Source of the DNA: Candidatus Saccharimonadota bacterium
GTDB taxonomy: Bacteria > Patescibacteriota > Saccharimonadia > Saccharimonadales > Saccharimonadaceae
Assembly: GCA_030445265.1 (NCBI GenBank)
Contig: JAUCSC010000001.1
Coordinates: 482,494 to 546,493 of the forward strand
DNA length: 64,000 nt
Direction: 5' to 3'
The position numbers and the translations under genes are program-made. Shown piece after piece: positions 17,838-30,179 of the stretch. How positions within the stretch are numbered: the first letter of the stretch is position 1; each line of letters begins with the position of its first letter. The notes beneath the pieces are model-generated. The model was not told where the DNA came from and made no database searches. It saw only the letters and a list, made by a program, of their open reading frames with translations.

Positions 17838-20800
17838 ATGGAGTTCGAACACCGCTATACGTCGCTTAATGCGGCACAACGACAAGCAGTCGATACTATT
17901 GAGGGGCCAGTCATGGTCATTGCTGGACCGGGTACCGGTAAAACGGAATTGCTTGGCATGCGCGTGGCTAATATTCTCAAAAAGACCGACACCTTGCCGG
18001 AGAATATTCTCTGTCTGACCTTTACCGAAAGTGGTGCGGTTGCAATGCGCGACCGGCTGATTGGGATAATAGGACAAGCCGCCTACAAGATCCCGATTCA
18101 TACCTTTCACAGCTTTGGTAGTGAGATCATCAATCAAAATCGTGAGCATTTTTACCGCGGGGCGCTTTTTCAACCAGCTGAAGAACTCAGCATTTACGAA
18201 ATCGTCCGTACCATCTTCGATGAGCTCGAATACAGTAACCCACTGGCCACAACTTCCAACGGCGAGTATGTCCATCTGCGCGATACCATCACGGTTATTT
18301 CAGAGCTGAAAAAAAGTGGTCTGACGAGCGATGAGCTGCTGGCGGTACTGGATGCGAATGACGAAGTGCTCGAAAAAGCAGATCAAATCATTCTGCCGGT
18401 CTTATCGGATCGCATCGCCAAAGGTAGTATCGATAGACTGCGCGGCGCGCCCGAGTCACTCCGCAAGCTGACGATCAGTCTCGACAAGTACGCCATCGTG
18501 CCGCTGAACCATGTCATCGCCGACAGCCTGCAAGAAGCAATTGAGACAGCTGACGCGCTCGGCAAGACCTCACCGTTGACTGCCTGGAAGCGAGACTGGC
18601 TCAAATTAAGTTCTGACAAGACACTTATATTTAAAGCACGCGAACGGCAGGAGAAGCTCCGCGCCGCCAGCTATATCTACTATCAATATTTGGTCCGCAT
18701 GGAGGAGGCGAGTCTTTATGACTTTGACGACATGATCCTCCAGGTCGTCCATGCTATGGAAGTAAAGGACGACCTCCGCTTCAACGTACAGGAAAATTAT
18801 CAATATATTCTGGTTGATGAATTCCAAGATACCAACCTTGCCCAGATGCGTTTGATTACGAGTCTCGCCGATAACCCTGTCAACGAAGGCCGGCCAAATA
18901 TTTTGGTAGTGGGGGACGACGACCAAGCAATCTTCAGTTTCCAGGGCGCCGATATCAGCAATATACTGACATTTCAGCAAGCGTATCCTACCAGGGAGCT
19001 CATCGTCCTGACGGAGAATTATCGTTCGACCGCCAATATCTTGACGGCTTCCCGCAACGTTATTGTGCAAGGAGAGGGACGGCTCGAAAATACGATCGAA
19101 GGAATCAATAAAGAGCTCCATGCAAATACCAACACGAGCGGCACCGTCGCGCTCCGCGAGGCCGCGAGCCAATCGGATGAACGACGGTGGCTGGCGCATG
19201 CGATCAAGTCATCGATCGAAAAGGGGACTAAGCCGACGGACATTGCCGTCTTAGCTCGCCGGCATTATGAGCTTGAACAGCTGCTCCCGTACTTTGCCGA
19301 TGCCGGCGTCAACGTCAGCTACGAGAGAAGTGATGATGTCCTGGAGCTAGAACCAATTCGTCTTTTGTACCAACTTGCTACATTTATCATGCGTCTGGCT
19401 GGCGGTGACCATGATGGGGCTAACGGTATCATTTCCCAGGTCTTGGCGCATCCCGCTTGGGGATTTAAGCCAAAGGAGCTGTGGCAGCTGAGTGCAAGTG
19501 CGTACGACAACCGTTTGCGTTGGCTTGATGCTATGGCAACAAATCCTCGGTTTGAATCACTCCACGCCTGGTTTATTGAACTCGTTGCCTTATCGACGTT
19601 TTCGCCGCTCGAGCATATGCTGGATCGCATGATCGGGTATCAAGACGACGAGTTAGTCCATATTCAGGCATCAAGTCCACTGTTCCAGTATTTCTTCTCG
19701 GAAGAAAAGTTAGCGGAAGATCCCGGCAGCTACATTTATTTTCTGGAAGGTTTAGCCACGCTTCGTAATCATTTGAAAGAATTCCGACCTAAATCACTCC
19801 TGACCCTCGCGACATTTATCGAATACATTGAACTACACCTCCGGCTGGGGAGCCGTATCCAGATCACTCAGTCCATTGCCGCCAGTGACACGGCGATTAA
19901 TCTGCTGACGGCCCACAAATCAAAAGGCTTGGAGTACGATTCCGTCTACATTATCGGTGCGACGGATAATATGTGGGGCGAGAAATCACGTTCAAGGAGC
20001 CGCCTTATTAGTTATCCCGAAAACCTGCCGATCGCTCCGGCGGGAGAAACTCGTGATGAACGGTTACGGCTCTTTTATGTCGCTATGACCCGCGCCAAGC
20101 GCCATCTGACGATCAGCTACAGCCGGCGTAGTGACCTCGGGAAGCCACTGCTGAAAGCCGATTTTATCGCTGGTATGTCGATAGAGCCAGAGCTGATTAC
20201 ACCAGGTCACACCACAGAATATCTAACCCATTCCGCCGAACTTGCGTGGTATCACCGTATCACCACGCCATCGAGCGATTTGAAAGTCATGTTGGCTCCC
20301 ATGCTGGCAAGTTATAAACTGAGTGCAACACACGTCAATACATTTCTCGACGTCACCATCGGGGGACCGCAAGCCTTCTTACTGCAGAACCTCCTTCATT
20401 TTCCTCAGTCTCGCAGCCCACAGGCATCGTATGGCCTGGTCGTCCATAAGACGCTCCAGCAAGCACACCTGCATGTTATTGCCACCGGCACAGAGAAGCC
20501 CACCGAAGACGTTCTGAGAGATTTTGAAAATAACTTACGCGAACAACGCCTCAGCACGCTCGATTTTGATACCTATTTGCAAAAAGGCGTGACCGAGCTG
20601 CCGATATTCCTCAGCAAGCGCAGCCATACATTTACCCAGTCTCAGCGCACCGAGCTCAACTTTGCCGGACAACATGTCATGCTGGGTGAAGCGCGATTAA
20701 CTGGCCTGCTTGATCTCATTGACGTCGATAAACAGACAAAAACAATCACCGTGTCAGACTACAAAACAGGTAAGCCGGCGAAGAGCTGGGTCGGTGTCAG

Positions 20801-21116
20801 TGACTATGAAAAAATCAAGCTGCACAAATATAGGCAGCAGCTCATGTTTTACAAATTGCTCCTGGAAGGTTCTCGTGATTACGGCACCTACGAAGTCAAG
20901 GGCGGCATATTAGAATTCGTTGAGCCGGATAAGACAGGGGAGGTGCGGTCTCTCATCCTCCAATACGACGACGATGAACTCGAACGCTACAAGCGGCTCA
21001 TTGGAGCCGTCTGGGAGCATATCGTCGTGCTCGACCTGCCAGATGTATCAGCATATGACCTGTCATACAAAGGCATTTTGGCTTTTGAAGAATACTTACT
21101 CGGCGAACAGGAGTAG
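17838..21116 (+). CDS. UvrD/PcrA-family helicase fused to a C-terminal PD-(D/E)xK nuclease (AddA/AdnB-like)
   Basis: AGPGTGKT, LVDEFQD, GDDDQAIFSFQGA, HKSKGLEY and YVAMTRAK; C-terminal GLLDLID..VSDYKTG. Confidence 0.9.
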   Translation: MEFEHRYTSLNAAQRQAVDTIEGPVMVIAGPGTGKTELLGMRVANILKKTDTLPENILCLTFTESGAVAMRDRLIGIIGQAAYKIPIHTFHSFGSEIINQNREHFYRGALFQPAEELSIYEIVRTIFDELEYSNPLATTSNGEYVHLRDTITVISELKKSGLTSDELLAVLDANDEVLEKADQIILPVLSDRIAKGSIDRLRGAPESLRKLTISLDKYAIVPLNHVIADSLQEAIETADALGKTSPLTAWKRDWLKLSSDKTLIFKARERQEKLRAASYIYYQYLVRMEEASLYDFDDMILQVVHAMEVKDDLRFNVQENYQYILVDEFQDTNLAQMRLITSLADNPVNEGRPNILVVGDDDQAIFSFQGADISNILTFQQAYPTRELIVLTENYRSTANILTASRNVIVQGEGRLENTIEGINKELHANTNTSGTVALREAASQSDERRWLAHAIKSSIEKGTKPTDIAVLARRHYELEQLLPYFADAGVNVSYERSDDVLELEPIRLLYQLATFIMRLAGGDHDGANGIISQVLAHPAWGFKPKELWQLSASAYDNRLRWLDAMATNPRFESLHAWFIELVALSTFSPLEHMLDRMIGYQDDELVHIQASSPLFQYFFSEEKLAEDPGSYIYFLEGLATLRNHLKEFRPKSLLTLATFIEYIELHLRLGSRIQITQSIAASDTAINLLTAHKSKGLEYDSVYIIGATDNMWGEKSRSRSRLISYPENLPIAPAGETRDERLRLFYVAMTRAKRHLTISYSRRSDLGKPLLKADFIAGMSIEPELITPGHTTEYLTHSAELAWYHRITTPSSDLKVMLAPMLASYKLSATHVNTFLDVTIGGPQAFLLQNLLHFPQSRSPQASYGLVVHKTLQQAHLHVIATGTEKPTEDVLRDFENNLREQRLSTLDFDTYLQKGVTELPIFLSKRSHTFTQSQRTELNFAGQHVMLGEARLTGLLDLIDVDKQTKTITVSDYKTGKPAKSWVGVSDYEKIKLHKYRQQLMFYKLLLEGSRDYGTYEVKGGILEFVEPDKTGEVRSLILQYDDDELERYKRLIGAVWEHIVVLDLPDVSAYDLSYKGILAFEEYLLGEQE

Positions 21117-21119
21117 TTA

Positions 21120-21148
21120 TTGACACTATCTCTATTAATTGCTATAAT
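21120..21148 (+). promoter_or_regulatory. Consensus sigma70 promoter
   Basis: TTGACA-17 nt-TATAAT with TG extension. Confidence 0.8.
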
Positions 21149-21154
21149 ATTATT

Positions 21155-21520
21155 GAATAGATTGAGAGCGTGAAGCAAGCGTACAAATACTTGCCCGTTT
21201 ACTTTACGCTCTCTCTGTTCGCACTTTGACAGAGATAGCAATACTTTCGGATGTTCGTTGAGATCTGGTGTCTTTCCCCCTTGCACCACAGATCTGCCCG
21301 CCAACTGATGTCCGAAACGGGCGGTGTTATTGGAGACGTTTGAGAGGCAACGGGTTGTCTTCTTTTACGTCCGCGTCTGGCTTCGTGCCCTACGTAAAGC
21401 AATAGCATCGCCTACCACCGGGTGGGTCGCTGAAAGGCTCCTTCGTGGAGCGCCTTCAGGCTTGGGGACGGGTATCCCCTTGTTCTTCTGAAGAAGTAGG
21501 CGGCCCACTCGGCCCACTCA
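21155..21520 (+). ncRNA. Long structured RNA / 5' leader (unassigned)
   Basis: Stems 21155-21220, 21245-21317 and 21364-21398; a 14-bp stem (21418-21431/21499-21512) closing a multibranch junction; no convincing + strand ORF. Confidence 0.5.
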
Positions 21521-21565
21521 CCATTCTGCAATTCCACAGCACGAGCACCCTAGGAGGTGATTCAT

Positions 21566-21718
21566 ATGCAGTGCAGTCAATGCAAGGGAAATGGCACTTG
21601 TCCTAACTGTGGTGGCCGAGGCTGCAGCAGTTGTGGCGTCAAGGACGGTCTCTCGGGAGTGTACCGAGGCAACAACGTCGGCAAGTGTCCCGCCTGCAAA
21701 GGCAGAGGCTCCGTATAG
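21566..21718 (+). CDS. 50-aa Cys-rich zinc-finger microprotein with DnaJ-type CxxCxGxG repeats (not in ORF track)
   Basis: [50 protein letters not shown]; perfect AGGAGGTGA SD. Confidence 0.8.
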   Translation: MQCSQCKGNGTCPNCGGRGCSSCGVKDGLSGVYRGNNVGKCPACKGRGSV

Positions 21719-21784
21719 GAGCACTGGATGGGCAATGTGACGCACACCAGTGCTCGCATCGTGGGACAAAATGCTATCTCTGTC

Positions 21785-21830
21785 CATCCCTCAGTCTTCA
21801 TAAATTATTATGGACAGTGAGGGATGTTTT
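21785..21830 (+). terminator. Long terminator-like hairpin
   Basis: CATCCCTCA...TGAGGGATG followed by TTTT. Confidence 0.55.
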
Positions 21831-21843
21831 ATGTGCAAACACT

Positions 21844-22794
21844 ATGAATAACTTTTGGCACGAACTACCAAAACCTTTTTTTATCCTGGCTCCAATGGAG
21901 GCAGTGACTGATGTTGTATTTCGCCATGTAATTAGCGAAGCGGCTCGACCAGATATCTTTTTCACTGAATTTACGAATGCCGCAAGCTACTGCAGCCCGC
22001 TCGGCCAGCAAAGTACCAGAGGACGACTGAGCTTTACGCCTGATGAACAGCCGATGGTTGCACAGATATGGGGGAGCGTGCCCGAACAATTTAAAATAAT
22101 GTCTCTAGGCTTAGCAGCCGCTGGCTTCAAGGGTATCGATATCAATATGGGATGCCCCGATAAATCAGTCGTCAAAGGCGGAGCAGGCAGTGGCCTTATC
22201 CGAAACCCTGAACTAGCCGCACGTCTCATCGCCGCAGCCAAGAAAGGCGGCCTGCCGGTCAGCGTCAAGACTCGACTGGGAGACACCAGAATCGATGAAT
22301 GGAAAGAATGGCTGACGCATATACTAGGGCAAGATATCGTCAATTTGACGATCCACCTTCGTACGCGCAAGGAGATGAGCAAAGTTGATGCCCACTACGA
22401 ACTGATCCGTGAAATTAAAGAATTGCGCGACGCGGTTGCACCTAAGACGTTACTAACCATTAATGGCGATATCAGAGACCGGGCACACGGTCTGGAACTT
22501 GTCGAGGAATATGGCGTCGATGGCATTATGATTGGCCGCGGTGTTTTCTCCAATCCCTTTGGATTTGAGATAGAGCAGCGGCAGCATAGCCGCGACGAGT
22601 TACTAGGACTCTTAAAGTTACACTTAAATCTTTTTGATAAATATAGCAACGAGCTCGAACCGCGAAAGTTCGAGCCCTTGAAGCGTTTCTTTAAGATTTA
22701 CATACGCGACTTTCCTGGCGCCAGTGAGCTCCGAGAACAACTCATGCACACGAAGTCGACCGATGCAGTGCGTGCCGTCCTTGCTACGATCTGA
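21844..22794 (+). CDS. dus: tRNA-dihydrouridine synthase
   Basis: [28 protein letters not shown] and MIGRG; start at ATG 21844. Confidence 0.92.
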   Translation: MNNFWHELPKPFFILAPMEAVTDVVFRHVISEAARPDIFFTEFTNAASYCSPLGQQSTRGRLSFTPDEQPMVAQIWGSVPEQFKIMSLGLAAAGFKGIDINMGCPDKSVVKGGAGSGLIRNPELAARLIAAAKKGGLPVSVKTRLGDTRIDEWKEWLTHILGQDIVNLTIHLRTRKEMSKVDAHYELIREIKELRDAVAPKTLLTINGDIRDRAHGLELVEEYGVDGIMIGRGVFSNPFGFEIEQRQHSRDELLGLLKLHLNLFDKYSNELEPRKFEPLKRFFKIYIRDFPGASELREQLMHTKSTDAVRAVLATI

Positions 22795-23650
22795 CGTGTA
22801 TTTGCATCGTTGGGCCACAGAGCACGAGTGCCGCAGCGATGTTATAGTAGACCATCGCTGCCACTTTTTGCTCAACTTCCCTCGCGGTCCTGGAGATTAA
22901 TTCTGCGCCTGCGGCAAACGACCATACGTCGACATTAAATGCCTGGTAGTCGTTGCCGAACTCCGCCTTGAGAGCAGCTCGATCAATTGTCGTTCCTTCG
23001 ACGGTGTTGATCATAATAACAACCTCGTTATGGCTACCGGCGATGTGATCGATAATGACATTATCGGATTGCTGTATCTTGATATTCTCCAGCGTTTTCA
23101 ATAGATTTGCCCCGCTCGAAAATGACGAACGATCACCAGCGCGGCCAACGATCAGCTGATGTGTTTCATCGTCGACTTCAACACCAAGCTTTCCAGCGAG
23201 ATCACGAATAGCAGCACTACTCGAAGTGATGACTCCGTAAATATCAGCTAACCGGTCGTTTGCCCCGCAGCCGCTCTTGTCCCCGGACGCATTTTCATCA
23301 TCGTGACCGCCAACCAACTCTTCATTGGCAATTAAATGATTCAGTATATGCACGTAGCCGCTCTGTGTTGAGCCATCCTCGCCGCGAAAACGCTGCGTCG
23401 TCAAATCATCGGCGACAAATAAGCTTTCAGTGCCTCCTGCGCTGTTCGGTACGACGACCATGCCGCGGCCATCTATGCACCCGACTGCAATATCTATTGG
23501 CGTAGTGACATAAAATTCACCGCTTTTCAGACGCTCAACAAACTCTTTACGACGTTCCTGCTGGTGAGGAGCGGCTTCAATCAGTCCCGTGGCGTGCTCA
23601 AGTACGAGTGGCTTATCTTCCATTTCCATAGAATCCTTCTCTTGCTCCAT
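22784..23650 (-). CDS. Carbonic-anhydrase-like protein (CDCA/zeta- or beta-type Cys-His-Cys site)
   Basis: CIDGR...GGH...GCGA ligand pattern and a later HNE motif. Confidence 0.6.
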   Translation of the reverse strand: MEQEKDSMEMEDKPLVLEHATGLIEAAPHQQERRKEFVERLKSGEFYVTTPIDIAVGCIDGRGMVVVPNSAGGTESLFVADDLTTQRFRGEDGSTQSGYVHILNHLIANEELVGGHDDENASGDKSGCGANDRLADIYGVITSSSAAIRDLAGKLGVEVDDETHQLIVGRAGDRSSFSSGANLLKTLENIKIQQSDNVIIDHIAGSHNEVVIMINTVEGTTIDRAALKAEFGNDYQAFNVDVWSFAAGAELISRTAREVEQKVAAMVYYNIAAALVLCGPTMQIHVRS

Positions 23651-23664
23651 ATTTATCTTTCCTA

Positions 23665-24090
23665 TTATCGTTTGTGTCTGCGTCGAAGTTCGGCGACTTT
23701 GAGCCGTACTTGGTGTCGGTCAACAAGCTGATGGGCGTGATCGCGTTCCACTTGATTCTCGGCTTGATCACGCATCTTGATGGCCCGCTCCAATGCGGCC
23801 TGTGATTCTGCTTCGATGATGTCATCACCATGATCAGCTTCATCGACGAGCACCCGAATTGCTTTTTGGGATATCTCAATGATGCCACCACTGATCGCAA
23901 AGTACTCAAGACGATTGTCGGGATCGCCTTTTTTGTGTCGAATAGCGATAGCGCCCGGTATAGCGAGCGTGACGAGCGGTTCGTGTTCAGGAAAGACAGC
24001 GATTTCACCAGCAGCGGTCGGGGCAATCATCTCGTAGATTTCGTCATCGACTTTTATGCCGGCCAGCGTAATAAGTTGCAAATGCATCAT
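23665..24090 (-). CDS. atpC: ATP synthase epsilon subunit
   Basis: GEIAVFPEHEPL and FAISGG; position in the operon. Confidence 0.92.
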   Translation of the reverse strand: MMHLQLITLAGIKVDDEIYEMIAPTAAGEIAVFPEHEPLVTLAIPGAIAIRHKKGDPDNRLEYFAISGGIIEISQKAIRVLVDEADHGDDIIEAESQAALERAIKMRDQAENQVERDHAHQLVDRHQVRLKVAELRRRHKR

Positions 24091-24097
24091 GAGCTCC

Positions 24098-26353
<2,256 letters not shown>

Positions 26354-26354
<1 letters not shown>

Positions 26355-27886
26355 TACAACGCTTCCTTGAATCCCTTCGCGGTGGCACGGGCCGTTTTTT
26401 CAATTAACGCCGTTGTTTTTTCATCTGGCTTATCGCCGCTATCAAGCTGCTTCATCTCATCAGCATGATCTGACGTCAGCTTACTCAGAAGTGCCGCCTG
26501 CGCATCTTTGACGCGACTTGGGGGTACTTCGTCAAAGGCGCCGGTACTGACGGCTGAAATACTTGCCACTTGCTGCCAAATGCTCAGCGGCTGATATTGT
26601 GGCTGCTTCAGCAGTTCGGTCAAGCGCTGACCACGGTCGATGAGTGACTTGGTTGATTCGTCAAGGTCGCTGCCGAACTGCGCAAAACTGGCAAGTTCGC
26701 GGAACTGGCTGAGTCCGAGCTTCAAGTTTCCACTCACGCTTTTGACGGCCTTCGTCTGGGCCGCACCACCAACCCGGCTCACCGAGAGTCCGGCTGATAT
26801 GGCGGGACGGATACCTTGGTAAAAGAGATCAGTTTCGAGGAATATTTGGCCATCGGTAATTGAGATGACGTTGGTCGGAATGTAGGCGGAAATGTCACCA
26901 GCTTGTGTTTCGATAATTGGTAACGCCGTCAGTGAACCGCCACCAAGCTCATCGCTTAATTTTGCGGAACGTTCCAACAGGCGAGAGTGGAGATAGAACA
27001 CATCACCGGGATAGGCTTCGCGTCCCGGTGGACGACGGAGCAACAATGACATTTGCCGGTAGGCCACTGCATGCTTCGTCAGGTCATCATAAATCATCAA
27101 CGCGTGCTGAGAGTTGTCGCGGAAGTATTCGCCCATAGTCGTTGCCGCGTATGGTGCTAGGTAGAGCAGTGAAGCGGGGTCAGACGGGCTGGTTGCGACA
27201 ATAATAGTCTGGTCCATGACACCTTCTTGTTTCAGCCGCTCAACTAAACGAGCTACTTTTGAAAGCTTTTGTCCAATCGCGACATAAACGTTGACGACGC
27301 CGGTCTTTTGGCGAGCTTGGTTGATCATCGTATCAATAGCGAGTGCTGTCTTGCCGGTCTGGCGGTCACCAATAATAAGCTCGCGTTGGCCACGTCCGAT
27401 AGGAAACATGGCGTCAATCGCCACGATGCCAGTCATCAGCGGTTCATGTACTGATTTACGACCCATGACACCGATTGCTTCACGTTCAACAATACCAGTT
27501 TGCTTGGTCTTGATAGGTTCACCGCCATCAAGCGGTCGCCCGAGCGGGTCAATGACACGACCTAATAATTCCGGCCCGACTGGTACTTCGAGAACCGTCC
27601 CTTTACGACGGACGGTCGCACCAGCGATCACATTTTTGTCGGAGCCGAGCAGCACTGCACCAATCTCATCTTCGAGAAGGTTCAGCGCAAAGGCATCGAC
27701 GGATCCATGAGGAGATTCGATCTCGAGCATTTCACTATAGCCAGCTTTTCTCAGGCCATGAATCCAGGCCACGCCATCACCGACACGGACAACGACACCG
27801 ACTTCTTCTAAACCATCGCGGCGTTCCAATTTTTCAACGGCAGCGCGAAGGTCGTTGGATAATTCTGTTATTGATAAATCGCTCAT
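26354..27886 (-). CDS. atpA: ATP synthase alpha subunit
   Basis: GDRQTGKT and [21 protein letters not shown]. Confidence 0.98.
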
Positions 27887-27899
27887 ACGTTACCTGTCC

Positions 27900-28298
27900 T
27901 TATGCCTTAAAAGTTGTTTCTAATCGTAATAATTGGGTCCGTACGGTTTGATCAAGCTCTCTGCCTGGCAAACTGATTCTCATGCCGCCAAGGACAGCTT
28001 CATCGACCGTCTCATCGAGTGACACGGCGGTGGCGGCTGTCTGTTGCTTGATTAAGTCAATCGTTGACTGACGCAGCGCGTCTCCGAGTGGATACGCTGT
28101 CGTTACTTCGGCGCGGATATGACCACGCTCCGCAAGCTCATACTCAATGTCGCGTACCAGCAAATCAATTTCACTAGTCCGGCGTGACTCCACCAAGTAA
28201 CCAGCGACTTCTTGGAGCAGTTTCTTAGCATCTTCCGAGTCGGTCAGTTCACGCGCCACGTACTGAGCGATTAAACGCCGAGACAGTCGTTGTGCCAC
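27900..28298 (-). CDS. atpH: ATP synthase delta subunit (short form)
   Basis: AEVTTAYPL...VDEAVLGG...LDQTV; lies between atpF and atpA. Confidence 0.85.
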   Translation of the reverse strand: MAQRLSRRLIAQYVARELTDSEDAKKLLQEVAGYLVESRRTSEIDLLVRDIEYELAERGHIRAEVTTAYPLGDALRQSTIDLIKQQTAATAVSLDETVDEAVLGGMRISLPGRELDQTVRTQLLRLETTFKA

Positions 28299-28828
28299 TA
28301 CGAACGGCCCTCTTTGAGAAGCGTCGCGATCATCGCCTCATCAGCCTTGCTGTCATGCGATGCAGCGACAACCTTTGAGGTGGTCGATGCAACCAAGCTG
28401 ATTGTCTCCTGGCGAAGCGCGTTCCTGGCCGCAATGACATCTTTCTCGAGCTCTTCTTTGGCGGACGCAACGATATGCTCAGCCCGCGTCTTTGCTTTTT
28501 GGTCACTGGTAGCGATGAGGGCAGCTGATTCTGTTCGTGCCGTATCAACAATTTCTGCGGCATCCTTGCGCGCCTTTTGCAGTAGCTTTTCGACGCGTGC
28601 TTCAGCCTCAGCGGCTGCATTCTGAGCTTCGCTTGCCGCCTTTGACGCAGCGTCGATTTTTGCTTGCCGTTCGTCAACTTGTTTCATGAGGATAGGGTAA
28701 ACATATTTGCCGAGCAGAAAGACGAGCAGCAAGAATGCGATGATCTGCAAGACAAGCACCTGGATATCAATACCCAGGGCTTCAAAAATGCCTCCGGACG
28801 TTGCTTCAGTTGCGGCAAACCAATTCAT
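28298..28828 (-). CDS. atpF: ATP synthase subunit b
   Basis: N-terminal TM (QIIAFLLLVFLLGKYVYP) followed by a long charged helix. Confidence 0.92.
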   Translation of the reverse strand: MNWFAATEATSGGIFEALGIDIQVLVLQIIAFLLLVFLLGKYVYPILMKQVDERQAKIDAASKAASEAQNAAAEAEARVEKLLQKARKDAAEIVDTARTESAALIATSDQKAKTRAEHIVASAKEELEKDVIAARNALRQETISLVASTTSKVVAASHDSKADEAMIATLLKEGRS

Positions 28829-28830
28829 TG

Positions 28831-29046
28831 TTATCCTAAGAATTTGGCGATAATGGCGACGATGATACCGATGATTGCCAATGAGTCAGCAAAGACGATG
28901 GCGGTAATCATCAGAGTACGGATATCACCTAATTTTTCTGGGTTTCGACCGAAAGCGTTCAAGGCGCCTGCGCCAATAAAGCCAATACCGAGTGCTGCAC
29001 CGAGGGCAGGCAGGGCGTAGGCAAGACCAAATGCTAATTGTTCCAC
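28831..29046 (-). CDS. atpE: ATP synthase subunit c
   Basis: Gly-rich helix, RNPE loop, carboxylate in FADSL. Confidence 0.95.
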   Translation of the reverse strand: MEQLAFGLAYALPALGAALGIGFIGAGALNAFGRNPEKLGDIRTLMITAIVFADSLAIIGIIVAIIAKFLG

Positions 29047-29087
29047 GTTATTCTCCTTATTATTGTCACTTGTTACTTCTTATTATA

Positions 29088-29876
29088 TCATTCCTGCTTC
29101 AGGGGCTGTTTAGCCAGAGCGGGGGAATGGTCAGGAAGGTGATCGCCGTGTGCAACGGCGAGAGCGGTAAAGATGAGCGTCAGGACAAAGAAGACATAGG
29201 CTTGGATGAATCCAATAAAAAGCTCAAAGGCCATAAAGAAGGGCAGAACGACACTCGCAAAATAGCTCGTTAACACAGCGATGACTACCAAGAGTACTTC
29301 ACCGGCAAAGGCATTACCAAAGAGCCGGAGCGCAAGCGCCGTCCCTCGAGAAACTTCACCGATCAATTCAAGGACCCCTTCAAATGCACCGACAGGATCC
29401 TTGAGCGGATTACGCAGATAGCGACCCGCATTGCCGAGCACGCCAAGATGGCGAATGGCATAAATCTGAACAGTCACGACCGTGATGATAGCGAGGCCGA
29501 GCGTAAAGTTGAGATCAGCCGTTAAACTACGAAGAAGGGGTACGCCATGTATGCGGATCGTATCGAGACCTGGAATAACGCTGAGCCAATAGTTAAGCAA
29601 TACAAAGAAAAAGATAGTAATTGCGAGCGGTGCGATTTTACGGCCCAATCGCTTATCGGGCACAATGTCGTCAATTTGTTTTAACAGGCCTTCAAAGACC
29701 CACTGCACGAGCCCAACAAAACGATTGTACGAACCTTTTTTTACCTTACTAGCTACGTACCACAGTATGGTAACGGTCAGGATCAATCCAACGACACCAG
29801 TAAGTAGCGCGTTGGTAACCGGAAATGAACCAATGCGGAATAGCTCTTCAGCCGCAATACTAATATGGAGTTCCAT
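29088..29876 (-). CDS. atpB: ATP synthase subunit a
   Basis: TADLN, LALRLFGNAFAGE and ELFIGFIQAYVF. Confidence 0.96.
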   Translation of the reverse strand: MELHISIAAEELFRIGSFPVTNALLTGVVGLILTVTILWYVASKVKKGSYNRFVGLVQWVFEGLLKQIDDIVPDKRLGRKIAPLAITIFFFVLLNYWLSVIPGLDTIRIHGVPLLRSLTADLNFTLGLAIITVVTVQIYAIRHLGVLGNAGRYLRNPLKDPVGAFEGVLELIGEVSRGTALALRLFGNAFAGEVLLVVIAVLTSYFASVVLPFFMAFELFIGFIQAYVFFVLTLIFTALAVAHGDHLPDHSPALAKQPLKQE

Positions 29877-30130
29877 TACCGGCGTACCTTTCTAAACTGT
29901 TGCGCAATGAGAAATGCCGCGGTGGTGAACCCAACGACGAGAAGGACAATGGTGAACAGTGGGATGGTCTTAAATGTTGTATCAAGCCAGATTCCGAGGA
30001 GAGTACCCCCAATTGTTGGTACAAAAGTTCGTACTGTTGTATCGATAGCCGTAGCGAGCAATAAAAGCGCCGTCGAGTTTTTCGACGGCGTCTCAGGATT
30101 TTCCCCCTGCTGAGAGTGCGACGTGGTCAT
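29876..30130 (-). CDS. AtpZ/AtpI-like 2-TM protein
   Basis: GTLLGIWLD..F..PLF pattern; first gene of the atp operon; ATG 30130 lies just after a -10. Confidence 0.75.
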   Translation of the reverse strand: MTTSHSQQGENPETPSKNSTALLLLATAIDTTVRTFVPTIGGTLLGIWLDTTFKTIPLFTIVLLVVGFTTAAFLIAQQFRKVRR

Positions 30131-30179
30131 TACTATTACTATAGCACTTAACCCCTTGTCGGACAACCGGCCGCAGCGC

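Noticed and set aside
21155-21520. RNase P RNA, tmRNA or SRP RNA
   Set aside because: No GAGGAAAGTCC, no tRNA-like GGGG...CCACCA ends and no SRP GGAA/GCAGC loop were found by eye.
21631-21843. N-terminal extension of dus (and similar extensions of dinB, the DEAD helicase, gltX, DUF3048 and atpD)
   Set aside because: The extensions overlap other genes, promoters or terminators; better downstream starts exist.
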